Source of the DNA: an uncultured Parachlamydiaceae bacterium
Lineage (GTDB): Bacteria; Chlamydiota; Chlamydiia; Chlamydiales; Parachlamydiaceae
Assembly: GCA_963752155.1 (NCBI GenBank)
Contig: CAVVXH010000010.1
Span: forward strand, 288,001-352,000
Direction of reading: 5' to 3'
DNA length: 64,000 nucleotides
Shown here: piece after piece, positions 33,160 to 44,804 of the stretch
How the letters are laid out: the number at the start of each line of letters is the position of its first letter
How positions within the stretch are numbered: the first letter of the stretch is position 1
The notes under the pieces: model-generated
Told to the model about the DNA's origin: nothing
The model's input: only the letters and a program-made list of their open reading frames with translations
Database searches by the model: none
Made by a program: the position numbers and the translations under genes

Positions 33160-34314
33160 ATGTCTGATTATTATGAAGTTTTAGAATTAGCGCGTAGTGC
33201 CACGCAAGATGAAATTAAAAAGGCCTATCGTAAACAAGCTGTTAAGTATCATCCTGACAAAAATCCAGGAGACTCCGACGCGGAAAAGAAATTTAAAGAA
33301 ATCTCAGAGGCGTATGAAGTTTTAAGTGATGAGAAAAAACGGCAAATATACGATCGTTATGGAAAGTCTGCTCTTGGTGGGGCTGCAGGTCCTGGCGCTG
33401 GCGGTGGTCGAGGTTTTGAATCAATGGATGAGGCTCTACGTACCTTTATGAACGCTTTTGGGGGTATGGGGGGAGAAAATGTCTTTGAGAGTTTTTTTGG
33501 CGGCGATATGGGAGGCGGTGGTGGTGGCCGTTCCATGCGGCAAGGGGCTAGTAAGCGTGTAAATCTTACTTTATCCTTTGAAGATGCTGCTCGAGGAGTC
33601 GACAAGGAAATTGTAGTTTCAACTTTAGTGTCCTGCGCGACGTGTCATGGTGTCGGAACTGAAGATCCTAAAAATGTAAAAAAATGTGCTCGTTGCGGTG
33701 GTGCAGGTCAGGTTTATGAGCAGCGTGGATTTTTTGCTATGTCTTCAGTGTGCTCCCAGTGCCGCGGAGAAGGGAAAATTATTGCTAATCCATGTAAAAC
33801 ATGTCACGGGGAAGGTGTTGTCAAAGACAAACAGCATGTTAAAGTCCACATTCCAGCAGGAGTCGACACTGGTATGCGCTTAAAAATGAGCGGATATGGA
33901 GATGCTGGCCAAGGAGGGGGACCTCCAGGAGATCTTTTTGTTTTTATTACGGTTGAGCCACACGAAGTTTTTGAGCGTGAAGGGAATGATATTATTCTCG
34001 ATTTGCCGATTAGTTTTAGTGAGGCAGCCTTAGGCTGCAAAAAAGAAGTTCCTGCTCTTGGATCACATGTTTGTAGAATTTCCATTCCAGAGGGAACTCA
34101 AACAGGTAAAATTTTCCGCGTTAAAGGACAAGGTTTCACTTCTGTGCAAGGTCAAGGTAAGGGTGATCTTCTTGTTCGAGTGACTGTTGAAACGCCATCG
34201 CACCTAAGCGACAAGCAAAAGAGTCTTTTTGAGGAATTGGGATCTCTTGAAAATTCTGCCAATATGCCTAAGAGAAAGGGATTTTTGGATAAAATTAAAG
34301 ATCTCTTCTCGTAG
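33160..34314 (+). CDS. dnaJ: Molecular chaperone DnaJ
   Basis: J domain HPD, G/F-rich linker, four CxxCxGxG repeats. Confidence 0.97.
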   Translation: MSDYYEVLELARSATQDEIKKAYRKQAVKYHPDKNPGDSDAEKKFKEISEAYEVLSDEKKRQIYDRYGKSALGGAAGPGAGGGRGFESMDEALRTFMNAFGGMGGENVFESFFGGDMGGGGGGRSMRQGASKRVNLTLSFEDAARGVDKEIVVSTLVSCATCHGVGTEDPKNVKKCARCGGAGQVYEQRGFFAMSSVCSQCRGEGKIIANPCKTCHGEGVVKDKQHVKVHIPAGVDTGMRLKMSGYGDAGQGGGPPGDLFVFITVEPHEVFEREGNDIILDLPISFSEAALGCKKEVPALGSHVCRISIPEGTQTGKIFRVKGQGFTSVQGQGKGDLLVRVTVETPSHLSDKQKSLFEELGSLENSANMPKRKGFLDKIKDLFS

Positions 34315-34324
34315 AAAGAAAGCC

Positions 34325-34527
34325 CCTTGCCATTGGTGCCTGACCTGATATTCTGACATTTGCCTACAATGATAACGTAACCTCCAGGGAGGGCAAATGT
34401 CAGAATATCAGGTCAGGCACCAATGGCAAGGCGCGAACTTGTTATTTAGGAGACACGAAGGCACAAAGAGATCTTACATGTAAGATCTCTTTGTGCCTTC
34501 GTGCGTTTGTGTTTAATCTTTCCTATA
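34325..34527. mobile_element. Composite palindromic element: 40-bp perfect-arm hairpin plus AAAGAGATCTTAC hairpin
   Basis: CCTTGCCATTGGTGCCTGACCTGATATTCTGACATTTGCC and its exact reverse complement at 34325-34431, then CACGAAGGCACAAAGAGATCTTACATGTAAGATCTCTTTGTGCCTTCGTG. Confidence 0.85.
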
Positions 34528-34532
34528 CTAAA

Positions 34533-35555
34533 TTAAGTGTCGATACTGTTAGGAATAGCCTTTCCTTGAGCTTCGTCAGGTTCTGGAGATTTTTCGGAGA
34601 GATCAGAGTCTGATTCAGGATCATCTAGCTCACTTTTAAAATCTCTTTTACCTAATCGTTCAAACTGTTTCAACTTCTCTTTTAATTCGTCGATTTCTTT
34701 ATCTCTTTTTTTGATCTCAAAGTTTGCATGATTTAATTCTATTGTCGTAGCTGTGTTATTGGCGTGTAGTTCATTTTTTGAGGTTTCGAGCTGGGAGAGA
34801 GTTTTCTTGAGTTCTTCGATTTCTTTTTCTTGAGAACTTGATTGGCCTACTAATCCAGCTTGAGAAGTTTCGACTGCTAGCATCTTCTCTTTGAGATCAG
34901 TGTACTCATTAAATAATTGAGATCGGTTTTCTTCTGTTTCTTTCAATGAATCTTTAAGATCAGAAATAGTTTTATTCAGGGATACGATCGTCTGTTCATT
35001 CTCTTCTATTTTTGAATTTAATTCTTTTGTTGAGATCTCCATTTTATTTATAAGTGCCTTAAGATTTGTGACATCTTCTAATGTTTGGGATGAAAAGGCG
35101 GTTTGTAATTTTTTGTTTGCTTCCTCAAGCTTTCTTTCAAGTTCACGGATTTCTCCAGTTTTGTCATCGATTTTCTTTTGTAAAGTGACACTAACATCTT
35201 TGGTAACTTCGTGGCGATGTTTTGCGTACAAAACTTGAGTTGCCAGATCTTTTGGATCTAGAATGTGAGCAATTAATCTTTGAATTTCAACGTCTTTAGT
35301 TAAACTTGTCGCTCTATCTTTAACTTTTTTTATTTCTTCGGGTGCGGTTTTAAGGTATCCAATAAATATTTGAAATTGACGCCATATCTTTCCTAGTAAG
35401 GAAGAAGGTTTTGTTTCTATGATCACAAGATGGCCTCGTTTAACGGCTAATTCGCATTCAATTTGCTTTTTATCAGCTTCCATTTTTTCGTATCGTTGGA
35501 TTGTATATAAATTACTTGCCGCATAATTGAAATCTGAAATTAATGTATTGCTCAT
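34533..35555 (-). CDS. Hypothetical long coiled-coil protein
   Basis: 340 aa, E/K/L/N heptads, acidic tail. Confidence 0.7.
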   Translation of the reverse strand: MSNTLISDFNYAASNLYTIQRYEKMEADKKQIECELAVKRGHLVIIETKPSSLLGKIWRQFQIFIGYLKTAPEEIKKVKDRATSLTKDVEIQRLIAHILDPKDLATQVLYAKHRHEVTKDVSVTLQKKIDDKTGEIRELERKLEEANKKLQTAFSSQTLEDVTNLKALINKMEISTKELNSKIEENEQTIVSLNKTISDLKDSLKETEENRSQLFNEYTDLKEKMLAVETSQAGLVGQSSSQEKEIEELKKTLSQLETSKNELHANNTATTIELNHANFEIKKRDKEIDELKEKLKQFERLGKRDFKSELDDPESDSDLSEKSPEPDEAQGKAIPNSIDT

Positions 35556-35691
35556 GTCAAAACCTTTGTTTAGTTAGGTGGGTATATCAGGTGTGGTTCA
35601 AGCTTGAAGCCACATTGATATATCTTAAAGCGAATGTTAATCAATTTTAGATTTTTAGTAAAGAGGATTAACCAGGCAGCAAAGGCAGGCG

Positions 35692-36465
35692 CTAAAAATA
35701 AATAACCTTGCCCACTTTATCCTGGGGAGCTATGCACATTTCCAATTCTATTCCTTTTCGGCTCAATTGTTCTTGGACAACTCCTAGAGCTTTTTCAGGA
35801 GAGTTGCATTCGCTTGAAAGATGTGCAAGATGGACATGTCTTAATTTAGAATGAAAAACTTCACAGAGCAGTTGACCGCAAGCTTCATTCGAGAGGTGCC
35901 CCGTTCGGCTAAGAACACGTTGTTTGTAAACCGCTGGGCGCGCAGAGGCATGTACCATCGATGGCTCATGGTTAGCTTCTAGATATAGATAGTCGCAGCC
36001 ACTTAACTGATTCTGAACTAATGTCGTCGCAAATCCTAAGTCAGCACAAAATCCAAGTTTTAAAGAATCGATTTTAATCGTGAAGGCTACTGGATCTAAA
36101 GTATCATGTTGAATACTAAAAGGATGAATTTCCATATCCCCAAATTCAAAGGTCTCCCCAGTAGAAAAAATCTTGAATTTTGGGCATTCATGAAAGCAAT
36201 TGACAATCCCTTTAGCAGTCTCACTATTTGCAAAAACAGGAATTCCCATCTTGTAGGCAAGCATTTTAAGCCCTAAAATATGATCCGTATGTTCATGTGT
36301 AATGAGAATGGCATCGATGTCGGCAAGATCTACATTGATTTCGGCAAGACGTTCTTTAGTCGCTTTGGCACTAAGGCCTGCATCAATAAGCAGTTTGGAT
36401 CGTTTTGTTCCCACATAAATACTATTTCCCTTAGATCCGGAGGCAAGTGGACAAAATCCTTCCAT
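35692..36465 (-). CDS. MBL-fold metallo-hydrolase (YycJ/WalJ-like)
   Basis: LASGSKGN, THEHTDH, LEANH, GHLSN, HLS. Confidence 0.9.
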   Translation of the reverse strand: MEGFCPLASGSKGNSIYVGTKRSKLLIDAGLSAKATKERLAEINVDLADIDAILITHEHTDHILGLKMLAYKMGIPVFANSETAKGIVNCFHECPKFKIFSTGETFEFGDMEIHPFSIQHDTLDPVAFTIKIDSLKLGFCADLGFATTLVQNQLSGCDYLYLEANHEPSMVHASARPAVYKQRVLSRTGHLSNEACGQLLCEVFHSKLRHVHLAHLSSECNSPEKALGVVQEQLSRKGIELEMCIAPQDKVGKVIYF

Positions 36466-36476
36466 GCGAAATACCT

Positions 36477-38968
36477 TTATTTTAGCTCATCATTATCATC
36501 ATCATCGTCTTTATTTTCATCTGAAAATTCGTCACTTCCTTTTGACAGTTTACTTGCGACATTTTGCACGAGGACTTTGCGGGCTTTACTCCCATCTGGC
36601 ATTCCAACGATTCCATTTTTCTCTAATTCATCCATTAAACTAGCTGCACGAGCATATCCAATTTTAAGTTTTCTCTGTAGAAATGTCGTTGACGCATTCC
36701 CTGTGCTTTGAACGGTATCCAGAGCTTGTTCATACAGCGTATCGGAAGATGAATATGAAGATTCCGAATCTCCATCCTCATCATCAATGCGACCACTCTT
36801 ACCGAGCTTATCAAATGAAGCAATTTTGTAATTTGGTGGGGCCTGATCACAGATATGTTTGATGACATTATTGATGTCTTCATCGCGGATAAAAGCCCCC
36901 TGGGCTCGAATCAAATGGGAGCTAGCCGGCGGCAAAAATAGCATGTCCCCATTTCCTAAGAGCGATTCAGCACCCACTTCATCTAGGATAATTTGACTAT
37001 TAATTCGGCTTGCGACTTTGAAAGAGATCCGCGTCGGAAAGTTTGCCTTGATTAGACCTGTGATGACTTCTCGTGATGGGCGTTGCGTGGCAAGAATCAG
37101 GTGGATCCCAACAGCTCGGGCCATCTGAGCAATCCGAGCAATCGGCGTTTCAATATCGCTGCTAGAGACCATCATGAGGTCTGCAAGCTCATCGACAATG
37201 CAGACGATGTAGGGAAGCTTTTCCGGAATTTCTATGTCAAGAGATTCTTCAAAACTTTTATCAATCGTACGTGTATTGAATGCATCAATATTGCGATTGC
37301 CGGTGGATTTCAATAATTCATAGCGCTTTTCCATTTCCTTGACGAGCCAATGAAGGGCTGCAGCAGCACCTTGAGGCTCAGTGATCACCGGAGCTAACAT
37401 ATGGGGGAGACGTGTATACGGAGTCAATTCGACCTTTTTGGGATCGATCATGATCATTTTGATTTCATCAGGCTTAGCAGTGAGTAAAATCGACATGACG
37501 ATCGTATTGATGCATACAGATTTTCCTGAACCCGTTGCCCCGGCAATGATGCAATGAGGCATTTTAGTCAAATCGTTCATGACATAATCCCCATTGACAG
37601 CCTTACCAAGCAATACTGGAATGTGAAATTTACGTCCAGATTGCTGGTAAGCAAGCAACATATCCTTAAAGCCTACTTCTTGAGGCTGAGGATTAGGAAT
37701 TTCGATTCCCACAGCAGCTTTTCCTGGAATAGGAGCAATGATTCGAATCGATTTTGCTTCCATATTGAGAGCAATATCGTTTTCTAGAGCCTTGATTTTC
37801 TGTACTTTGACTCCAATCGACGGATGGACCTCAAAAGAATTGATTGTCGGGCCACAGTTAATTTGGCCTACTTTAGCTTCGATGCCAAAACTCAAAAGAG
37901 TCTCCTCAAGGACTTCAGCTTGACGCTTCAGATCTAGTTTTAAAGAACTTTGATCTACTTTCTTGGCGATGCTTAGAAGATTCGGACCCGGCACGACGAA
38001 AGTCGTAAAATCACCATTGTGGACACGTTGGGCATCTATGGCATCCAACCGTTTTTGGTCGCGACTTGCCGGTGCAGGTGTCGGGCGTGCTGGGGTAGGT
38101 TTTGGCCGATAGATTGATTCTTTAGAAGGTTCAGGTGAAGTGCTTTTTTTATTTGATATAGAAGGGCGTTCAGTGAGATGGACGTCAGGCTGAATACCAA
38201 GTAGTTCATGTTGTTGCGGCTGGGTACCTGTAGTGTTTTGTGTTTGTGGTGATGTGGATTGAGGAATGCGCAATTTGACATAGCGTAAAAATCCGTTTGT
38301 CCGAGGAGGAAGGGAAGTCGCAGGTTGAGCCGTGGATTGATCATTTTGAGTATCTTCTGGAGAAGAAAATAAACGAAGGACTTTTTCAAGTAGCTCTGCC
38401 GGAGACGTTTTAGCTAACAAGAGCAAGCTGGCAATGAATGCGCTGCCGGCGATGATGGCGATGCCGATGTTGTTAAAGATGCGATGTAAATTAATGACCG
38501 GTAGATGGTGGTAGATATAATGAAAAGGAGCCCCACCAAGATGAGGGCGGAGTTTACCTTCCCATGGTGCAGGGTAAAAGGTTCTTTTTAAGAAGCTTCC
38601 AGCTGTAGGTAGGCTATCATCAATGACACAAAGAAGCAGGCAAAAAGACAAAAGCATTAATGAAAAGTGAAGAGTCGTTTGTGCGGTGAAGGTGTTGCTT
38701 TTTTTAAAAATTAAGTTCCAACTCATCCAAATGGTATAAAAACAAAGGAGATAGCTGCCCAACCCAAAAAGTGAATGAAAAATCCAGCCCAGATTTTGTC
38801 CCATGATGCCCAAAATGGTGCTATCAGGGCTATCAAAGGAGTAGCTAAGTAAACTGAGTAATGTTAATAAAGAGAGAGACAAGACCCATAAGGCTCGTAC
38901 TTCGTGAGAATTTGTTTGAGGTGGAGGAGCTTTCGATTTGTTTTTTTTTTAGGTTGCTTTTGCGCCAT
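36477..38968 (-). CDS. ftsK: DNA translocase FtsK (true start probably ATG 38968, one base missing in the A10 run)
   Basis: AGATGSGKS, IDPK, VDELADLMM, ATQRPS, gamma domain LQRKLKIGYARAA. Confidence 0.93.
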
Positions 38969-39005
38969 AACAATGGATTCGAGAAGAGCATTTAAATCGA
39001 AAATG

Positions 39006-39081
39006 GGCGATCGACGGGATTCGAACCCGCGACATCCGGAACCACAATCCGGAGCTCTAGACCAACTGAGCTACGATCGCC
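39006..39081 (-). tRNA. tRNA-His (GTG)
   Basis: G-1 plus GCGATCG acceptor, CCGGA-TTGTGGT-TCCGG anticodon arm, GGTTCGAATCC. Confidence 0.95.
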
Positions 39082-39139
39082 AAGAATAAACATATCTTGC
39101 ACCATTTGTGAATTTTCCGTCAATAGAGAGAATTGAAAT

Positions 39140-40693
39140 TTAAATAAAAGCCCAGTCATCAATCTCTTCATTTCTACTTTCAGCATATGCAAAAGCCATC
39201 ATTCCAAAAATGAAACAAATGCAAAGGCAACCGATCACAACCTCAATAGAAAGGGAAGAAATTCGCCAAAAAGATTCAAGTGAGGCTGGTATTTCATGAA
39301 CATAGCCCAACATAAAGTGAGTATAACGATCATTTATTGCATGAATGAGGTTTCCCAGAGGTTCAAATATAAGTCCCAACAAGGTTCCTACAAGTAAAAA
39401 TGTCATCGATACAGACACCATGAACGGAAAAAAAAGATTGTAAAAAAGACCCATCACCGGGAATTTTTGAAAATAAAAGAAAGTTAATGGTAAAGCTACA
39501 CTGTTGACAGCAAGCGTTAAGGCAATCGCTTGTCGGCACCAGTTTAAAAATAGATATCCATGTTGTGTTAAAGAATTCATTTGGATGGCAAGGCTTAGGG
39601 GTCTTTTAAAAAAAATCGATTGTAAAAGCTTGTCCCCGATAGGATACAGCATCAAAATAGCTCCTGTAGCTACAAAGCTGAATTGGAATCCCATATTTAA
39701 GGAAAATAGAGGGTCAAAAATAAGAAGGATGAATAGGGCTATGCCTAAGGAATTAAGTCCATTGCTTTTTCTTTCTATCAGAAGGCTAAACAATACCAGA
39801 ATAGAGGTTATCCAGGCCCTTAGAATTGACGGTGCACATCCAAGAAAAACAAAATATGAAGTCAGTAGAAATATCAGCAACAGTGTAGCCTGCCTTCTAG
39901 GAAGGAGAAGTCCTAGGATCGCATTTAAAATTGCAGCTACAATGGCAAAGTGGAAGCCTGAAATAGCCATGATATGCAAGAGGCCGAAGCGACCGAATTC
40001 ATAAGACATGAGTCGATCTTGGAACTCTCCGGTTGCAATTCCGGTCAGAAATACTGCACTGCGTGGGTTTTGAATATGTTTACGGATATATTCCCCGACA
40101 GCTTGTTTGGCGTCAAACCGAAATTTTGCAAGACTTAAGGTTCCGCTAATAGGGATCCAAGGTTGATCTTTTTTAGGATTCAAAATATAGCGTTGTGGAG
40201 CTACTTCAACCAATGATCCTTGAATTAAGTAGGAATAGGAAGGTGTTGGGGGAATGAGATTTGACGCTAGTTGAATTGTTGCTGGAATATTGGCGGCGAC
40301 TACGGTTTTTCCCACAACGAAAGAGCGAATTTTACCGTTGTAGCGCCAGGCGGTACCATAGTGTTTAAGCACATTTGAGAAGCCATCGATCTCAAAATAA
40401 GCTTCTCCAATGAGTTCAGGCTCAGTTAATTTTGGAAATTTTATGGTTGTTTTGACATAGGCAAAAGCAGAAATAAATAATAAAATGGTCAGTCCTAAAC
40501 TTAGGAGCTCTTTTTTATTTTTGATTTTAAACAAAAAAGGGATCAGGATCAAAAAAAGGGGAACCCAAAAAATAAGATGGTAGCGTAGAGCAAAGGAGCA
40601 TCCCATTAGAAACGCAATCCCATATAGGAGTCCTGGATGTCGTAGCCAAAATTTAATATTGGCTTGGATGAACAGTTCGGTTAAATTATTCAT
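39140..40693 (-). CDS. comEC: ComEC/Rec2 family membrane protein
   Basis: GLLHIMAISGFH, PSILRA, GFQFSF motifs. Confidence 0.85.
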   Translation of the reverse strand: MNNLTELFIQANIKFWLRHPGLLYGIAFLMGCSFALRYHLIFWVPLFLILIPFLFKIKNKKELLSLGLTILLFISAFAYVKTTIKFPKLTEPELIGEAYFEIDGFSNVLKHYGTAWRYNGKIRSFVVGKTVVAANIPATIQLASNLIPPTPSYSYLIQGSLVEVAPQRYILNPKKDQPWIPISGTLSLAKFRFDAKQAVGEYIRKHIQNPRSAVFLTGIATGEFQDRLMSYEFGRFGLLHIMAISGFHFAIVAAILNAILGLLLPRRQATLLLIFLLTSYFVFLGCAPSILRAWITSILVLFSLLIERKSNGLNSLGIALFILLIFDPLFSLNMGFQFSFVATGAILMLYPIGDKLLQSIFFKRPLSLAIQMNSLTQHGYLFLNWCRQAIALTLAVNSVALPLTFFYFQKFPVMGLFYNLFFPFMVSVSMTFLLVGTLLGLIFEPLGNLIHAINDRYTHFMLGYVHEIPASLESFWRISSLSIEVVIGCLCICFIFGMMAFAYAESRNEEIDDWAFI

Positions 40694-40742
40694 TTTTCCT
40701 CATTTCAGAAAATTGTCTATTTTGGTAAAAGTAAAGTATTAA

Positions 40743-40843
40743 GGGACTGTTCAACAATAACTTGCACGATTGGGCTGCGCCAAGTCCCTTACCACGGGAG
40801 CTTTCGCGTTGTCCAATCGAACAAGTTATTATTGAACAGTCCC
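40743..40843. mobile_element. MITE with terminal inverted repeats flanked by TAA direct repeats
   Basis: TAA-GGGACTGTTCAACAATAACTTG...CAAGTTATTATTGAACAGTCCC-TAA. Confidence 0.7.
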
Positions 40844-40872
40844 TAAGGATTTTATGCAAAGGATATGCTGCG

Positions 40873-41688
40873 ATGGATAAGCACGTCGATGAATTTTATC
40901 AATGTCTATCAGAAGATTCTCCTAAGGGGAGATTTCATGATGTAATTCCTTTGCATCTCAGGACCGATATGTCTTGGTCTGAAATTGTTGAAAAGGTCCC
41001 TCAGATGTCGCGAGGGTGGTATGAGTTGTCTCGTATTTCTGCCAAAGATCGAATAGAATTTACCTACGATCATTGGTGCGAGATGATGCCTTATAATCCA
41101 CGGACAGAAACCGCTTTAGAACATTTTTTTGCTTCTTTAGATGATATCGGTATTTTTTTGGTCCAAAAAATGGGTAGTGAGCCTTACAGGGTTGAAATGG
41201 TTTATAGTTTAGGTAATAATTCTGGCTTTTATCGAGGAGGCTTGCCTGCTGACGAATCGGATATCGTTAACTTACAAAAGTACTTCGAAAAATATATCCT
41301 GCCAGAAGATTATCTGGCATTCTTGCAAATTCATAATGGGTTTTGGAAAACAACTGATTGTTCAGGAATTGCTCGTGCTGCAGATCTTTCAAAACAATAT
41401 GAAAAATTTCAAGAGCTTTTAAGTAAAGAAGGTTCCATTTCTACTTCCAAAGGTGAACCCGTTGACCCCAAATCCCTTATTCCTTTTTATGAGTCATTTG
41501 GAATGCCTTATTATCAATGTTTTTGGGGAGAGTGGTATCCTGAGCAAGAAATGGGAAATGTTTATTATTCAAGCGAGGTTAAGGCTATACCAAGCGTGGT
41601 GAATCTTAAAGGGGAAGACCTCTTTGCTGCCTTAGCTTTTCCTACGTTTGGGGATTGGCTGGCTTTTTATTTAGAACCGATAGATTAA
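40873..41688 (+). CDS. SMI1/KNR4 family protein
   Basis: LPEDYLAFLQIHNGF and TFGDWL; start moved to ATG 40873 because the upstream extension lies in the MITE. Confidence 0.75.
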   Translation: MDKHVDEFYQCLSEDSPKGRFHDVIPLHLRTDMSWSEIVEKVPQMSRGWYELSRISAKDRIEFTYDHWCEMMPYNPRTETALEHFFASLDDIGIFLVQKMGSEPYRVEMVYSLGNNSGFYRGGLPADESDIVNLQKYFEKYILPEDYLAFLQIHNGFWKTTDCSGIARAADLSKQYEKFQELLSKEGSISTSKGEPVDPKSLIPFYESFGMPYYQCFWGEWYPEQEMGNVYYSSEVKAIPSVVNLKGEDLFAALAFPTFGDWLAFYLEPID

Positions 41689-41689
41689 T

Positions 41690-42655
41690 ATGTATTCAGT
41701 AGAAACATTATTTAATAGCCACAAAGAACGTTTAGAGTTAGAACTTGTGGCTGGTTCTAAAGGAATTAAACGTAGGATTAAAGTACCGGAAGTCCAGCGT
41801 CCAGGTCTTAGCTTGGCAGGGTATCTCAAAAACTATGCTGGAAGGCGCATTTTAATTTTTGGTCGTGTGGAAATCCAATATCTAAAAGATCTAGATCATG
41901 AATTACGTATCGAAAGGCTTAAAGCTATTCTCACAAAATCTACCCCAGCTGTCATTGTCACTAGGAAATTTAATCCACCTAAAGAATTACAAACTCTGTG
42001 CGAGGAAAATCATCTTCCTCTTTTTCGCTCAAATATGTCTACGATGAACCTTTTAGGTAAGCTTACATTACTTTTAATTGATGAGTTCGCTTCAAGTACA
42101 AGTCAACATGGTACGCTCGTTGAAGTCTTCGGAGTCGGAGTGTTGATCCAAGGTCATTCCTCAGTAGGTAAAAGTGAAGCCGCACTGGGATTAATCGAAC
42201 GTGGACATCGATTGATCTCTGATGATATAGTGAGAATAAAAAAACGGGAAGAAACTTATCTGGAAGGATACGGGGCGGAGCTTACTCGCCACCATATGGA
42301 GATTAGAGGGATTGGAATTATCAATGTCGCCCACTTATATGGAGCAATATGTGTACGAGATCATAAAAGTATTGATCTTGTTGTTGAACTTGAAACTTGG
42401 GATGATTTAAATTTTTATGATCGTGTGGGTTTAGATGCAAAATATACCAATATTTTGGGAATAAAATTGCCGTTTCATATTCTTCCAGTTAAACCTGGAC
42501 GTGATGTGGTATTGCTTTTGGAAACGATAGCTCTAAATCACCGCTTAAAGGGGATGGGGTATAATTCTGCTAAAGAATTTAACTCCAAACTGTTGGACCT
42601 TATCTCATTAAAACATCCAAGAAAATCTTTTTTACCTAAGAATGAACATGAATGA
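41690..42655 (+). CDS. hprK: HPr(Ser) kinase/phosphorylase
   Basis: RPGL.LAGY, GVGVLIQGHSSVGKSE, LISDD, MEIRGIGII, PVKPGR. Confidence 0.95.
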   Translation: MYSVETLFNSHKERLELELVAGSKGIKRRIKVPEVQRPGLSLAGYLKNYAGRRILIFGRVEIQYLKDLDHELRIERLKAILTKSTPAVIVTRKFNPPKELQTLCEENHLPLFRSNMSTMNLLGKLTLLLIDEFASSTSQHGTLVEVFGVGVLIQGHSSVGKSEAALGLIERGHRLISDDIVRIKKREETYLEGYGAELTRHHMEIRGIGIINVAHLYGAICVRDHKSIDLVVELETWDDLNFYDRVGLDAKYTNILGIKLPFHILPVKPGRDVVLLLETIALNHRLKGMGYNSAKEFNSKLLDLISLKHPRKSFLPKNEHE

Positions 42656-42950
42656 GGAAGTTATTTTGAATAAAGTGATCTCTTGTGTAAAGGTCAAAAA
42701 TAAAATGGGTCTCCATACAAGACCTGCGACGGTGATTGTCCAATTACTACAGAATTTCAAGTGCAATGTGCATTTTAAATGTAGAAAGGAGACCATCAAT
42801 GCTAAAAGTATTTTCAATATTTTGATACTCGCAGCTCAAAAGAATTCTAAAATCACAATTATTGCTGACGGAATTGATGCTGAAGAGGCTACAGCAAAGC
42901 TTATTGAAGCATTTGAAAATGAATTTGGAGAATGTTCCCCATGCAAATAA
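42642..42950 (+). CDS. ptsH: Phosphocarrier protein HPr
   Basis: GLHTRPA (His15) and NAKSI (Ser46). Confidence 0.92.
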   Translation: MNMNEEVILNKVISCVKVKNKMGLHTRPATVIVQLLQNFKCNVHFKCRKETINAKSIFNILILAAQKNSKITIIADGIDAEEATAKLIEAFENEFGECSPCK

Positions 42951-44685
42951 CATTAGAGGAAATCCACTTAAAGGGAATTTCCGTTTCACCTGGGATTGCA
43001 ATTGGCTCTCTTTTTTTCTGTCATTTTAATGAAGACACCATTGTAGAACGATCGATCACAGAATATGAAATAGATGAAGAGTTGATGCGCTATCGTTTGG
43101 CCTTAGAGAAAAGCAAAGTAGATTTGATAAAGCTGCGGTTAGCTCTTGATTGTGAGAAAATTAATGAAGGAATGGACATTTTAGAGTCTCATTTGCAACT
43201 TTTACAAGATCCTGTCATTACTGATGAAATTGAGCAAGAAATTCGAGTGTCGCATAAATGTGCCGAATTCGTTCTGCAGAGCGCTCTTCAACGCTATAAA
43301 AAGAAATTCAATACTCTTTCAGTAGCATTTTTTCGCGAACGTTTCTATGATTTACAAGCCATTGTTAGACGTATCATCAGTTGTTTAAAAGGTGAAGCCA
43401 AAGTATTTCAACCCCACACAAAAGCAGGGCTTGTGTATGCGCGGGAGCTTTCTTTTGTAGACCTCACTGAGGCTACTGTGAGCCATGCAAAAGGCTTTAT
43501 AACAGAAATTAATGGCGCTACGTCACACGCAGCGATCGCTGCAAAAGCCAAGGGTATTCCTTTTGTCACATCCATTTCTTATGAATTCTTGCAAGAGGCG
43601 ATAGAATCCGATTCAATTGTGATTGTAGACGGGAATACTGGGAGATGTTTTTATTCATCCATCTCCTGAAACTTTAGCGCGTTACACTGCATTAGTTTCC
43701 TCGAAAGCGAACGATCAGGAGCCCAAAAACGCTGCCGCATGAATTCTGTATTGCCCACAGAAACATACGATGGCTGTCCGGTGCGCCTTTCAGCTAATAT
43801 TGAAATGGCAGCTGAAGTCAAGCAATTGCCCGAGTATGGAGCCAGTGGCGTGGGTCTATTCCGTTCAGAGTACGCCTTTTTATCTCACATAAATTTTCCA
43901 AGTGAAGAAGAGCAATTTATAGTTTATAAGGAAGCTGTTGAAAGCATGAACGGCCTTCCTATCGTTATCAGAGCATTTGATTTAGGTGGAGATAAGTATT
44001 TGCTTGGGCAGGAAATTCCTTTTGAAAATAATCCTTTTCTTGGTTGTAGAGCGATTCGTTTTTTACTACAAGAGAAAGAATTTTTCAAAATACAGCTCAG
44101 GGCTATTTTAAGATCGAGTATCTATGGCAATCTAAGTATTATGCTTCCTATGATTTCTTCATTAGCCGAGCTAAAAAAAGCTAAAGAGCTCATTCAGCTT
44201 GCTCGTGAAGAGGTTGAATCATTATATAATATTTCAGTTAAACCCGTTCGTATCGGCTGTATGATTGAAGTCCCTTCAGCAGCACTCATCACTGATTTGC
44301 TTGCTAAAGAATGTGATTTCCTATCGATAGGAACGAATGATTTAGTCCAATACGTCTTGCGGTGGATCGCGGAAATAGTGCTTTGAGCCACTTATATTCT
44401 CCAGCCCACCCAAGTATTATTCGGTTAATTAAAATGATTATTAATGAAGCAAATCATCATGGCGTTCCTGTTTCTATTTGTGGGGAAATAGCAGCAAACC
44501 CTAAATTTACGGCTCTTTTGCTAGGTCTTGGAGTCCATGAATTGTCAGTTTCGTTGCGCAGTATTTCCACTATTAAAGAAGCTATCCGCAATACGAGCAT
44601 CGTCGATGCTGTTTTACTTGCCGAGAAAGCTCTAAGGCTTTCGACAGTAGAAGAGATTGAAAAGTTTTTAAAAATTAAAGACTAG
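42941..44685 (+). CDS. ptsI: PTS enzyme I, two frameshifts (near 43640 and 44358)
   Basis: TSHAAI, GVGLFRSE, ENNPFLGCRAIR, MIEVPSA, SIGTNDLVQY, CGE across three fragments. Confidence 0.9.
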
Positions 44686-44804
44686 CTGGTTGCGGTGGAG
44701 TACCAAGTTTTGAAAAAATAATTTAATGGCTTTTTCCTAAAGCTGTTGACAAAATTAGGGTTCTATCTTACTTATAGTGTAAAACGAGCCATTAAGGGGG
44801 CCTC

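Noticed and set aside
39140..40693. comEC as evidence of natural competence
   Set aside because: Only the membrane domain is present and no other uptake genes are in the window.
40873..41688. SMI1/KNR4 protein as immunity for the RHS toxin
   Set aside because: It is 14 kb away and coupled to the PTS operon; the RHS gene has an adjacent candidate.
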